Shown here in pieces: positions 1-13,900 of a stretch of DNA of 64,000 nucleotides. Position numbers and translations under genes: made by a program. Within the stretch, counting starts at the first letter, position 1, and every line of letters begins with the position of its first letter. The stretch comes from Mytilus edulis. Lineage: Eukaryota. The notes under the pieces are model-generated. The model searched no databases, was not told the DNA's origin, and worked only from the letters and a program-made list of their open reading frames with translations. The stretch is taken from the NCBI RefSeq assembly GCF_963676685.1, contig NC_092354.1, positions 21,576,001-21,640,000 of the forward strand, written 5' to 3'.

Positions 1-789
1 ACAAAATGATATATGTGAATTAAGAAAAAAAAAAGGCAGGACTAAATAGATTGAAAATTAGAAAACAGGACAGAAATTACAACTAAAAAAGGCAGGACAA
101 CATTTTCCATCATACCTCCGAACCCCTAAAATCAAATGGTTACTCCCATATGATTCAGAAACCAATATTGTGTTAACACGCATAATAACTTAATTAAAAC
201 ACAACAATTAAACGAGCTATCCCCAAGGACTGCAAACAAATCTTAACAAAGACGCAAATATATATTTTTTTCATAATTGAGAGTAATACATAATAAATTA
301 TATTACAATATTTTAGATGTGTAAAATATATTATACATACTGTTCTAGAGCTGAGAAGAGAAAGCAAATATCAAAGGATTCCACGTTCGTTGAGATAAAT
401 ATACCCTTTTCACTTGCATCTGTAAAACGTAATAATATTTCTAAAAGAAATTGGGGCTTTTAATAGTTTTAAGTAGAATACGTAATTGTCATTTGATATC
501 TAGTCCGTCTTTTCTAAAAATAAACTAACAACTTGTGACCAAATACGAAACTACGATTTCTTAATTGATTGATGAAAAGGGGATTTCCGCATAATTATGT
601 TTCATCATCATGGAGCCCATTCCATCGGAAGTATTATCCTAGTTTAAGTAGATTCATTCATAATAAATTAAAAATAAAAATAAAACGTAGATTTTGTTAT
701 GATTAGACAATAACATTTAATGATCAGTTTGTTTTGCGTTTTATATTTAAGACGTATTTTTGCCACAGCGAATGCTTTTATCAAAATAC

Positions 790-1100
790 AAATTTTGACC
801 ATCGATAAAATTTTATAATCATGGCACAATCGATATTTTGATCATGACACAATCAATACTTTTATCATGAAACGATTGTGATCTTCTTTCTGACCAATCG
901 ATACTTTTATCCTGACACTATCGAAAGTTTTAAAATGACACTATCGATACTTTTAAGATTACACTATCGATATATTCATCATGGCACTATCGACATTTTT
1001 ATTCGGACTCAGTCGAAACGTTTGTCCTGACACAATCGATAATTTATCCTGGCACAATCGATATATGTTTATTATGACATTATCGATATTTTCTCATGAT
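790..1100. repeat. Degenerate minisatellite (gacacaatcgatactttt core)
   Basis: About 12 degenerate units. Confidence 0.75.
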
Positions 1101-2209
1101 GCAATTGTTACTTCACTATTTCACTTTATTTATTGATTGCACAGAAAAACATCAAACTTTTTTTTTTATATATATCTCGTAGCTAGTGCCCCTATTAACA
1201 TGTTTATATATATTATGAATATAATAAATTAATGAATTTAACTTAACTTCATTTGCTAAAGTAAAAGATAAATAGAGATGAAATTTTAGACATTTACTTA
1301 TTATTCCGATTTCATACTTAACTTTTTGTTTTGTTTTAAAAGGTAAACACATGCTCATGTTTGTAAAACGATGTTGAATATATATGTATGTACAAAAGTA
1401 TGCACTTGATTTGTACGTAACAGATATAGAGAAATTGAGAACAGCAAACAGGATTTTAAATTAGTTTTTTTAATGAGTAAAATTGACGAAACTCCATCTA
1501 TTACTAGTCATGATTGTCCTGAATAAGTCAATATGCACCAATTTAGGTCTTATATCATAGAATACTTAAAAGGTAATCTAAAACCTTTAACAACAAAAAT
1601 TATCTGCAACACAAGATCTTCAAATAAGTCAAATGATACAATAATTGTTTCCACTAAATTACGATGATTTTTATAATTTTTACATTTTATCTTATACAAA
1701 ATACTTATAAATTATACTATATTTCAACCCAGAGTTTCATTTTACACAACCATTCTTGTTGCATCTTTTTAATTTTATATTAAATGCCAGTTCATAATTC
1801 TATCCATATTCGTCAAGTGGTCTTTATTCCGTAACACCTTTGTCCTTTATATAGATTCGTTATTATTCGTTGGATATCAATTTTCGTGGATTTCGTGGAT
1901 AAAAGTGAACCACGAAATGAAATGTTCAACGAATGACACATTTTCTATAGGCTTGATTGCAGACTTTTGCAAAACCACGAAATCAAATATCCACAAACAT
2001 GTAAGTTTTCTTGATCCACAAAAATACATGAATCCACAGTGTAGGAATGAGACAACTCTCCATCCAAGCCATAATTTATAAGAGTAAACCATTGTTGGTC
2101 AAGTTACGGCCTTCAACACGGAGCTTGGGCTAACACGGAACATCAAGCTATAAAGGGCCCCAAACATTACTAGTGTAAAACCATTCAAACGGGAAAACAA
2201 CTTGTCTAA

Positions 2210-2690
2210 TATAATCTTTATTGCAAAATTACACCCATGAGGGTCAAGCAATACAGTGAAACCTGATAAAACCGAACCCTGAATAAACCGGAAACCTGTC
2301 TAATCCAAACTTGTTCTGAAGACCAATCATATCACATTTTATGCATTGTGAACCTGATCAAACCGAATACCTGCCAAAACCGAACAAAATCTCAAGTCCC
2401 GAAAGGGTTCGGTTTAGTCAGGTTTCACTGTATAATCAAACAATAATTTTATACTATACAATGCAATACTGTAACAGTGAAATACAATGTAATACAATGA
2501 AATACAAAATAATACAATACAATATATAGAATAATAGAACATTAGAGTTCAATTATATATAAATGTATGTAAAAAACACCATCATAACCTTGCCTGACAC
2601 GGGTCTGACTCCCTCAGTTCTAAAGACTGTTTTATGAAGACTCCAATATGACAAACAAGTTCAGGGATGGGGTTTAGAATGTGTTTAAGT
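2210..2690 (-). mobile_element. LINE 3' UTR fragment carrying a nested MITE
   Basis: Reverse complement of ~20885-21185. Confidence 0.7.
2254..2430. mobile_element. 177-bp Tc1/mariner-type MITE (TIR CAGTGAAACCTG, TA TSD)
   Basis: TIRs and TA duplication; 6 near-identical copies in the window. Confidence 0.9.
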
Positions 2691-3139
2691 TTATATAAAA
2701 ACTAAAAACCAGAAACACTTATGAACCATATAAACAGACGACAACCACTAAAAAATCAGATTCCTGACTTAGGACAGGTGAAAACAATTACAGTGGTTTT
2801 AAACGTTTTGATGGTACCAAACCTTCTCCCTGTTCTGAAACAATGTATAACATCACACCATAGAAATACACTCTATAAAATATCAATTGGAATGACATCA
2901 CTCATTAAAAAAACGTAGTAACACAAATTTACACACAATGAACGAATACGTTTGATATGTGATACAATGTAAATACATAGTTTATAAAAATAAGGGATGA
3001 TTCAAGTAAAAGTATAAAACCGCTGTGAAATGTTAAACAATTTTAGAAAAACATCAGCTATGAAAAAAAATACGTCACATTATACACAGGTAAATGAAAA
3101 TAATTTTGTTGTTAAGGATACTTCTTCTGGCTATATAAT

Positions 3140-3770
3140 CTTTAGTCTTAATTCCGTAACAACTTTATCCTTTAGTCTTTAGTCTGTTACATCTTTGTTC
3201 TTCGGTCTTTTTTCGATCACATATTTTGCTCCTTTATTCCGTTTCATATTTTTTCTTTAGCGTTTTTTTAATCACATATTTGTCTACTTTTTGGTCTTTT
3301 TTCGCATCTTTGTCCTTTTGGTCTTTTCGATCGCATCTTGCCATTTGTCTTAATTCGATCACAAATTGACGTGCTCTTTTAGTATTTATTCGATCACATC
3401 TTTATCATCGTTTGGTCTTTAATCGATTCAATCTTTGTTCTTTGGTCTTTATTCGATTCAATCTTTGTTCTTTGGTCTTTTTTCGATTCAATCTTTGTTC
3501 TTTGGTCTTTTTTCGAGCACATCTTTGTTCTTTGGTCTTGAATGGAACACATCTTAGTCCCCTTGGTCTTTTCGCTCCCATCGCTGTTCTTTGGTCTTTA
3601 ATAGAACACATCTTTGTCCTTTTGGTCTTTTCGATTGCATCTTGCCTTTGGTCTTTATTCGATCACATATTTGTCTTTCTTTTGGTATTTTTTCGGTCAC
3701 ATATTTGTCTTTCTTTGACCTTTATTCAATCACATATTTGTTCGCGTTTGGTCTTCATACGGTCACATTT
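3140..3770. repeat. 30-bp minisatellite (ttggtctttattcgattcaatctttgttct)
   Basis: About 20 degenerate units; source of the spurious ORFs at 3405-3782. Confidence 0.9.
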
Positions 3771-4442
3771 ATTATAAACTAACTTTCTACAAAACTTCAT
3801 ATTTTTGAAATGCTAAGGATTTACTGCTTTATGAATAGATTGACCTAGTAGCTGTATTTTGGAAAAACTTTTCGGAATTTTTGGTCCCCAATTCTCTTCA
3901 ATTTCGTAATGTATTTGGCCTTTTAACATTTTTATCGGGCGTCACTAATAAGTCTTTTGTAGACGAAACGCGCGTCAGGCACAAATCTAAAATTTCAATA
4001 ATGGTATCTATGATGATTTTTTTTTTCAGATCCTTTGGTTTCTGTAGATATATTATAGCTTGGTTGGAAAGTATAGCGTGTGAACGCAACACATAGGATA
4101 ATGAAAATGAGGATTAAGATATAAACATGCTTTATTATGTAATTAACATTTGAACAGGATCTGCTTACCTTTCCGAAGCATCTCGCGGGATTAGTGTTGC
4201 TCAGTCTTAGTTGTCTATGTTGTGTTGTTTTGTAATGGCGTTGTCAGTTTTTTTTTCGACTTATGAGAGTGAATGTCCCTTTGGTACCTTCTGCCTCTCT
4301 TTGACAATTGTTTCCTGCATACCACGACGACAACATTCTAATGATATATGAATGTTAAACCTGCTTTGGACTTATACCAACAACATGAATCGATATTTAG
4401 AATGACTTTTCGCAAAGTAATAGTCTGCAGGAAGACGTGTTA

Positions 4443-4685
4443 GGGAGCTACCATTTGATTTTTATGGGGCGGCTAGGATGAAATTTGAAAAAAATAGGCA
4501 GGACAGGAGTTTTGAGTAAATTTGGACGACAATTTAGGTAAAAAAAAGTCAGAATAAACTAAAAAAAAAATGCAGGACCGATTAGAGTGAAAAATAAAAA
4601 GGCAGGACAGAGATTACAGCTAAAAAAAGAGGCAGGACAAAATTTTTCATCCTAGCCCCCCCATAAAAATCAAATGGTAGTTCCC
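4443..4685. mobile_element. PIF/Harbinger-type MITE (TTA TSD, ~40-bp TIR); partial relative at 1-148
   Basis: tta|GGGAGCTACCATTTGATTTTTATGGGG…CCCCATAAAAATCAAATGGTAGTTCCC|tta. Confidence 0.85.
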
Positions 4686-5228
4686 TTAGTCTATCATGAC
4701 ATATAATTCTGACTTGAGCCGACATGACTTTGCTGATACTCTCAAATGCCGCTTGTTAAATTAAGGATAAAGGACCAACTATGTATAATTTTACAGAAAG
4801 GTGTATTTTTATCAGAAACAAAATTTTGCAATGCAACAGCCTGCCATCTTACTCATTTGGGTTGTTGCTGCAAGGGTATTTTAACGTGTATCAACGTGAT
4901 GATGCTTGAATGAGATTATTCCGTAATTGTGTTCTGATACATCCGCATGTCTTAACGGACGCCCTTCTTTTAAATGTTCGGGTCATGCTTAGTGTTATGC
5001 CACAGCATAAAAGTGTATGCCTCAATCAAGAAGGCTTCCGCTTTCTGTGAACTACGATCATGCAATTCCTATATTAATAAGTAGAAATGCATATTAAGTG
5101 GAAGCCTTTGCGAACGAAAATCGTAGCTTTAATATAGATTGGTATTTTACCAGCAAGTAAGTTATCCATTTTCTGATTTAATGTATGTTTATTCAAACAG
5201 CATTTGTCTTTCCATCGCGATCGATATA

Positions 5229-5405
5229 CAGTGAAACCTGACTTAACCGAACCCTTTCGGGACTTGAGATTTTGTTCGGTTTTGGCAGGTATTCGGTTTG
5301 ATCAGGTTCACAATGCATAAAATGTGATATGATTGGTCTTCAGAACAAGTTTGGATTAGACAGGTTTCCGGTTTATTCAGGGTTCGGATTTATCAGGTTT
5401 CACTG
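5229..5405. mobile_element. 177-bp MITE copy
   Basis: ta|CAGTGAAACCTG…CAGGTTTCACTG|ta. Confidence 0.9.
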
Positions 5406-5699
5406 TAAAATAAAATCGAAGGATTGTTATCTCGAGGAAGAAGTAAATATATATCTGTCCCAAGTCAAGCTTACTATTTGGTGTATGTTAAGAAAGTTTT
5501 GTTTCAACAGTCTCTGACTAACAATGTGTCAAGGGAGGTAATCCTCCTTCATCTATTGAATGTATTGTTAACTTGTTATAAAAGTCCTGTATACGCATGA
5601 AATATTTCCTACTTGACGCTGGACACTCAACAAATCCATAATCGCTTTGGAAATCTGAGAACGATTTAACTCTGAAATGAATTTCGATAGGCTCTCAGA

Positions 5700-7180
5700 T
5701 CTGTTCATTGTGTCTTTTTGTGTCGGGATGTATAAGTACCCGGCCACGTCCACTTGTATTTTTGTCCATCTGATGAGTTAAGCCTTTTTCAACTGATTTT
5801 TATAGTTCGTTCTTATGTTGTACTGTTATACCACGTGCTGTCCCAGGTTAAGGGAGGGTTGGGATACCGCTAACATGTTTAACCCCGCCACATTATTTAT
5901 GTATGTGCCTGTCCAAAGTCAGGAGCCTGTAATTCAGTGGTTGTCGTTTGTTTATGTGTTACATATTTGTTTTTCGTTCATTTTTTTATATAAATAAGGC
6001 CGTTAGTTTTCTCGTTTGAATTGTTTTACATTGTCTTATCGGGGCCTTTTATAGCTGACTATGCGGTATGGGCTTTGCTCATTGTTGAAGGCCGTATGGT
6101 GACCTATAGTTGTTAATGTCTGTGTTATTTTTGGTCTTTTGTGGATAGTTGTCTCATTGGCAATCATACCACATCTTCTTTTTTATATTTTTCCGTAATA
6201 TTCTCATCAAGTTTTAGAATTGTCCTTAAATTCTTAATAAGCTTATTGATGAAATTTCTACTGTAAGTGTACTGTTATTGCGAAAGTTCTGCCTATATAA
6301 AAAGAAGATGTGGTATGATTGCCAATTATACAACTCTCCACAAGAGACCAAATGACACAGAAATTAACAACTATGATCACCGTATGGCCTTCAACAATGA
6401 GTAAAGCCCATACCGCATAGTCAGCTATAAAATGTCCCGTAATGACAATGTAAAACAATTCAATACAAAAAATGAACGAAAAACAAATATGTAACACCAT
6501 TTTGTTTTCTTGTGGAGAGTTGTCTCATTGGCAATCATACCACATCTTCTTTTTCATATTAGAAGGTGGAATGCATGGATTCTATATCAGCATGGTCTAA
6601 TATTGTTGTACAACTAGTATATGTGTTTGTCGTAATTATATTTTTAATTAAATTACTTTGATAGCTTTTTGATACCTCTGTTGATAATACTGTTGCATTC
6701 AGTTTCATCAAAAGTACAGTGGCTGATATTAGAATTTTAGAATGTCTGCTTATTACATCAGCATCCTCTAATATTGTTTTACTGCTACATGAAGTATAGG
6801 TGTCAGTCAGTTATATGTTTGTTACTTCTTTTTTATAGCCGTTTCTTTTTATAATGATGCTAAATGAATATAAAGAAAGATGTAGTATGATTGCCAATGA
6901 GACAACTCTCCATAAGAGACCAAAATAACACAGAAATTAATTATAGGTCACCGCACGGCCTTCGACAATAAGCAAAGACCATACCACATAGTCAGCTATA
7001 AAAGGCCCCGAAATGACAATGTAAAACAATTCAAACGAGAAAACTAACGGCCTAATGTATGTACAAAAATTAAACGAAAAACAAATATGTAACACATTTA
7101 AACGACAACCACTGAATTTCAGGCTCCAGACTTCGGACAAACACAAACATAAAGAATGTGGCGGGGTTAAACATGAAGTT
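5700..7180. repeat. Cluster of an abundant ~300-500-bp interspersed repeat ending …gtctcattggcaatcataccacatcttctt (both orientations)
   Basis: Further copies near 2040, 7580, 13315, 16090, 23455, 37900, 43290, 57070 and 60850. Confidence 0.8.
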
Positions 7181-8714
7181 TCCACTGAAGTAAATTGGCT
7201 AATATTAGAACGCACGAATTCTCTAGCATCACTGTCTACAATTGTTTTAATACATACTCTATTATAGTGTTTGTGTATGTCATATGTATATATGAAGAAG
7301 TAGTTAATGAGATAGTTATTTTTTAATCCTGAATTGTCTTAATTCCTGATACACACACACACATACACACCCACTGAAAACCCTGTCATGCCAATCATGT
7401 GTCTACATTGTATCTCGAATCGACGTTTACAATTGCAATAATTTTGCCTTATGAATATGAATATGGTGTTTTGGCAGATCTTTTGTAAAGTCTCTGGGAT
7501 TTTTTCTTGTGTTTCTACACTGGGGATTTAAAGCTTTAACATTATAAAGGTCACAGACACCTCAATTGTTCAATGGATATAGGAAGATGTGGCATGAGTG
7601 CCAATGAGACAACTCTCCATCTAAGCCACAATTTATAAAGGTAAACCGTTGTAGGTCAAGGTACGGTCTTCAATACAGAGCCAAGCTATAAAGGGCCCCA
7701 AAAAAGACCATTTAATAAGCTCTTGTAAAAGTATTAACAGAAATACCTCACTCAAGAAAATTCATAAAAGTATGTCCATAAATACTGACAATAATCAACC
7801 ATCTGAACGAAGAGAAAACAACTGTCTTATTCCGGTTTGGTACATGTACATGTTTTTTCCGAAGAAAAGGTGTGTTAAACCTGGTTTTAAAGCTAGCCTA
7901 AACTACCTAGGTACATGTATAGTGATTTTTAGTCTGTGTCGTGTTTGGTACTTTAAAAACAGATTTATTCTTTAGATAAAAAGAACCATCATTTATCAAA
8001 TGATCAACAGGTTTCAATGATAAGACTGTTTAATTAGACAGATCTAGCATGTTTCATGTAAAAATTATTTACTTAATATGTATAAAAGTCATAATAGCAA
8101 ACAGTCCATTTTATAGTCTATAAAAACATGAACAACACATTACATTTCAAAACACATACTACATATTTTGATATGTTTAACGTCAAACTTGTTGTTATTC
8201 TAATTAATCTCTGTCCATATCACATTTTACAGTAACTGTCCACTTGTTTAAGCAGATTTATATCAGAGTTCACAACTTTCAGGAACATGATATCAAAACG
8301 AATCCGACTACTTGCACTATTTTTAAAAACAGTAACGTGTTTCATGTTTTAAATTCTAAAATCAAACAACGTATAAAAAAATACTTCCGACAACTTTTTT
8401 TAATACAGTAAGTAAACGTGTTTCATGTTTAAATCCTAAAAGCAAACAACTAAAATAAATGTATTAAATGAAACACTAAAAACACAAAGTATTAAATCCA
8501 TATCTAACAATACCATATTTTGACTAAATAAGATTATATGCTAATATTTTTTCAATCTATTGGCGTCATAATTGAAAGACAGCGTTCGTTAATATCATCA
8601 TGACAACACCGCTTTCGTATGAGATTCAAAATGTTTGGCCTTCTGAGAATATACAGTAAACATTGAATATGTTTGAACCGCTTGCACTATATACTTGAAC
8701 GTTTGATTATTATC

Positions 8715-9356
8715 CTATGTCTGAAAAACCTCGTCGTAATCTGGAGGAAGGTCATCGTTACCATAGAAACAGTCGTCGTAATCTGGCGGCATTAAATCAT
8801 CCACATGGAGGCTACTTTTGTCATCGAAATCGACTTTTGATTGGATCCGAGGTATCCCGAACATACTGAATGATGTAACACCAAGCACTGACATTGAACC
8901 TTCAGATGACCGTGTTGTCTTGTACACGTTGAAAACAATGTCATTTTCAATAGGATGGGTTGTTAAATCGCTTACTCGGGAAAGTCCGGGACACTCTTCG
9001 TCAATAATCGTGTTCGCCATATGCAAATTAGCTTTCCGTCTCCAATCTTTCCATTCCTGTATTTTAGCAATGTCATAGGTATCATCACCCGGCCATTTGT
9101 GAATATTTGTAATAGATTTGTAAAAATTATAACTGTCTTCTCGTTTTACGTCAGAAGTATTACGAGACGAAGTCGAGTGAGAAGAAAAACATGTTTTGAT
9201 TCCGACATCAGAAGGTCTCGGGTTACATCCACTACTTTTGTTTATTCTTAGTAACACATGTTCCGGATATCTTGTATTGTCGTCTAACTGTATAACGAAT
9301 TGTCTTGTACTAGGAATATTGTCAAAACTCTGTGAAGATACTACTGCAGCTGCCAT
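8715..9356 (-). CDS. Uncharacterised 213-aa protein with two C-terminal PPxY (PPDY) motifs; single coding exon
   Basis: Long ORF in AT-rich DNA. aaaATGG start context. Splice acceptor (ttatttttacag on minus) with the exon starting at 9434 implies an upstream UTR exon. C-terminus reads MPPDYDDCF...LPPDYDEVFQT. Confidence 0.7.
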   Translation of the reverse strand: MAAAVVSSQSFDNIPSTRQFVIQLDDNTRYPEHVLLRINKSSGCNPRPSDVGIKTCFSSHSTSSRNTSDVKREDSYNFYKSITNIHKWPGDDTYDIAKIQEWKDWRRKANLHMANTIIDEECPGLSRVSDLTTHPIENDIVFNVYKTTRSSEGSMSVLGVTSFSMFGIPRIQSKVDFDDKSSLHVDDLMPPDYDDCFYGNDDLPPDYDEVFQT

Positions 9357-10404
9357 TTTGAAAACAAATAAATCTAGTTATTCCACTTCCTGCCTGATTC
9401 TGAATCAACACATTGTCTGCTTTAACTTGAGAACCTGTAAAAATAAGGAAAATAACAGATTAATATAGACGAACGTCAATAAGTTTAAAAAGAATTAATG
9501 GAAAATACATTCCGAAAATCGAGTGGTTTTGGTATTCTTTTTTCTATATTCATCTTAAATGTGGTTCGGTAGGGAACCGAACTCTCGAGCTCTCGCAATA
9601 GAGCCACGCACACTACTTATTTCAATGACAGAACTAATTTTTTTCTTCGAATGACAGCTATTTAGATGGATTGCTATATTTTTAAGTTCTACATGTATTT
9701 AATCATAATAATTATGCAATGTAGCTCATACATCATTGGCATTCAAATATTCAGTTTTGAGCGTTCCTGATTAATGTTAATTTAGAAAAGCGCTTTGAAC
9801 GCATGAAATTTATAACGTGATCCTTTTTTAAACATTTTTATGACTTCTTAGTCGAAAAAAGAATATACAAATACATGTATACAAAATCATCATAGGTATC
9901 AACAGTCCCTTGTTGACCTACATCCGTCCACCATTTTTACTCCTTACGTTATGTTACAGTGTTTAAGAACTCTAATTTGGTCAAGATTAAAGTTCATTAA
10001 ATTTCAATCTTGTTCTGTACTGAGTTTATTGTGATAACAAATGAGTATATTACAATGGATCATAAGACAGAACTCTTGATTGTCCTTTGGAATGAATTTC
10101 AAGCTAAGAGTATTTTTTTTAAATTTCAAAAGTTTATAGCTAATAGTAAATTAATTCTTAAATTTTAGTGTTAACTACAACACACCCGTGATATCGCGGG
10201 TCCGTGACTGAATTAAAGTATATAACTATATGTGTATGCCTTATTTTAGTATTGGTATTGTCATCTGATAAAGTCATGTCGATTATAAGATGCACAGTTT
10301 TCTCTGCTTTTTAAGTCTTTCTGTTTGAACCCGTCGAACTGGAACCTATCAATTATTGATAATATTAATTACTTGGAAAACAAAGAATGGAGTATTTTTT
10401 GAAT

Positions 10405-10940
10405 GTAGGACAGAAAGTCACAGGACAAAAAGTCACAGACAAAAAGTCACGGACAAAAAGTCACAGGACAAAAAGTCACAGGACAAAAAGTCACAATTCA
10501 TTTTTTCTGAATTTTTTCTTTGAATAAAAAAACACTTATTTCTACAAAAACATTTATGTATTTTTCTTGAACTATTGTATATAAACCAACATTGTAAACA
10601 AAATTTATCCAAAAAATATCAAAGATGATCAAATAATTGTTAAAAAAAACAAAATGTCAACGTGGCTTTGCACTTAAATGGCTTCATGGGGCCAAAAAAT
10701 ATACCCTTTGCATGATTAAAATTAAATAAATCTTCATTTTTCAAGTATAATGACACATTTCCTACACTTAAATATGAATAAATGTATTAAAAAGTAAATA
10801 TTTCAAGATATTTCTCTTATATATTCAAATAATTGTCAACAAACTACTTGTGACTTTTTGTCCTGTGACTTTTTGTCCTATCAAATTTGTGACTTTATGT
10901 CCTGTGACTTTTTGTCCTGTGACTTTCTGTCCGTTTACCG
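10405..10940. mobile_element. Foldback-like MITE with inverted arrays of GGACAAAAAGTCACA
   Basis: ~6 direct units at left, ~5 inverted units at right. Confidence 0.8.
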
Positions 10941-13900
10941 ACTTATTAACGGTCAATGTTGTCTTTTTTTGTAGGCGATCCTAGTTGTCAGCCCCAGTTG
11001 TCCTGCACCCGATTATTTGTATTGAAAGACTTCACGTGTTATCAGAGACTCTATAGAAGGTTTACAGCCTTTTAGAAAAATAATATAAATACCATAAGAA
11101 GTCTTTATTAACTAGTTTTGGACTTTAGGTATCATAGATTCAAATGTGTATTTTAAACGGTCAACAAATTTATTATTGGCTAGAGGCGTCTTTCGATTAA
11201 AATCTAATTGGAATAATTTATGTGATTTTTTAGGTCTTTTTTTTTTTGCACACCATTATTCTCTTCTTATTATTTTAATTTTTTGATCGGTTTTACCCTT
11301 TTCTTTATTTTGTTTTGTCTGTATTTCTGTAGTTTTTGTCTACAAGTCTTAAAATATCATGTTTACCCTCATGTAAGGGAAACAATTACATGTAAAATTG
11401 GACCTACATGTACATTATCAATAAAGATGACGTTGCAAAAGAAAATGTTTTCATTAGAGAATTCAAACAGCGAAATATTGATTTAGGCCTGAGACTACTA
11501 TAACACAGTGTGTTATAGTAGTCTCAATTTAGGCCAAACAAAAATATAATATAGTTCTGTTCCTGTCTCCCTAAATTGTTCCAGTATGATCACTGATGAT
11601 AAGATCATCGCATTTTAGTAAAGTATTGTTTAAGTCAAGAACAATTCCCTTCGTAATTTGTGTGAAGTTTTTAAAATTAAATAAAGTAGGCTATTACTCC
11701 TATTTATCATATTTTCTGTCCGGGGGCAGGAAACAGGTATACATATTTTATTTTACCTTACTAGTCATCCTAAATGGTAAAACTGTAGGTTTTGTCTTAA
11801 AGCTTCCATTTAAAAAAATAATTAAGAGATGAAACTGAGTGGTAAAAAAAGTAGAAATATACAATGTAGTGCATGCATTAATGCCTCACAATCTCTGCAC
11901 TGTTTTAGATGACAAAGCAAGAAGCCAAAAGCATATGCACCATCTTTTTATTGTTGCTCTTCGTCTCAAATTTACCTACAATGATTACGTATTTTTGCAA
12001 GAAAAAAAACTTACCTTTATGCAATTTTATCCAAATTTACCAAACAATGTTTATTGATGTCTTTGTGTGGCCAGTAGTTAATTGAGGGGTCGATATTGGT
12101 ATTTAGTATTTACCGAACCATATGGCTTCCTCTCATCCAATCAAAATCGATAGATTTGTGTATATTCGATCATAAATTAGCTTCGTCAAAAGTTGACAAG
12201 TTTGACAAAATAGAAATTATTAGAGCATTACAATTACGTAATATTTTTGAAAGGGACTTAAAAATACGATTACGCAATCGCGAAAATCTTGGTTAATAGG
12301 TATTAGTAGGTAATCGGGTCATAAATCAACAGACGACAGTGACGTGATTATTGACAAACAATACAAATCTGTTATCTTGTATTATCAATGATATATCAGT
12401 GTCAATGATCCGGATCTGACGGATAAGGAAGATAAATTGTAGAAAAAAATATTGTGATGAAAATTTGTTTTGATAAGATGGTAATAATTACTTTGACAAC
12501 ATACTAAACCGGGAAATAGATAGCGTGTTCAATTTATGGTTTCATTAGTCCATAGATAAATTAAGCCATGCATTTTTGATTTATATAAGCTTCGGAGATC
12601 AAAAGAATTAAATTTCGATGAATTTTAATTTTCAATGAAATACAATCTACATATTTCTGCAGATCTATTAAGCATAATTTATAGCTTCTCATATCAGCAG
12701 TAAAAGAATTTGATTTGAATATAAATGCGAAAAAAGAGGGGAAGGGGAATTTATTTTTATTTTTATCTTTTATTTTTTATTATTTTTTTTTAATCTATTT
12801 ACTTATTAATTTATTTTTTTAATTTTTTTTTTTTTTTAAATTTTGATATTTTTTTTTTTTTTTTATAATTTGTTTTTTAAACTTGTCAGTCACACACACT
12901 GATACAAGGTTAAGGCCAAGGTCTTGCCAAGGTAAAGGCCAAACCACAAAATTCACTAGGGCGTATGATTTAAAAAGAAAATACATTATACTAGTATTTA
13001 TTTTAATTAACTGATTTCATTCGGTTTGGAAAATGAGATTTTTAAAGCAGAGCTCTATAAGTTAATACAATACACAGGTTGAAATATGTCTACGATAATA
13101 TTACTTCAGACAAAATCGATCAATCGGTCTCTTGATTAAGAAAATCGGAAAAATAAGTAGAATTAGCAATAAACATGTCATGGTTTGCATATGTGATCAT
13201 ATTTGTCAGTAAATGAATTGTTAAACATAAAAGTGGCATGGTCAGTGTCACTCTGTATTTCGGACGAATTGACATGGTCACATACAAACATTTCTGAAAT
13301 TGAATACCTAGACATAAGAAGTTGTGTATTAGTGCCAATGAGACAACTCTCCATCCAAGTCACAATTTGTAAAAAGTAGATCATTATAGGTCAAAATATT
13401 CTGTTCAACACGGAGCCTATGTTTACACTGTAACATATAAAGGGCCCCAAAAATGACTAGTGAAAAACCATGATTTAACGGTAAAACCAACAGTATATTA
13501 AAAACGAGAAACGAGAAACACTATCATGAACAACATCAACAAAAGACAACCACTGAAAATCAGGACAGGTGCAAACAAATATAACGGGTTTAAACGTTTT
13601 AATAATGCATTATTAAAGAAATCCTTAAATATATACTCAGAAAAATTCGTTAATAATCATAACTTCAAGAGCGGATTTTTTAGAAAGGGGCATTACACCA
13701 AAAAAAATATTATTCAAAAATACGATTCTAAACAAGGATTTGTATAGTAAACTATACTATACACATCCTTGTTTTAACCAACACGTAATTTTTTTAGGAA
13801 ATGAGTAACAATTTTATATTAAACTTTATACAGCACTATACGGGTGTGTCTCATCAATATTAATATTAAATAAATTAAATGAAGAAAAAAATGTATGTGG

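Noticed and set aside
3405-3782. Repetitive ORFs (FNLCSLVF / KTKEQRLNR)
   Set aside because: They are translations of a 30-bp minisatellite, with no gene signals.
5769-5815. CTGATGAG suggesting a hammerhead
   Set aside because: No stem II plus GAAA at the required position.
5815-7267. Similar short ORFs (…VLHICFSF…GPFIADYAVW…), also at 23445 and 37971
   Set aside because: Chance frames in copies of a non-coding interspersed repeat; frames and stops are not conserved between copies.
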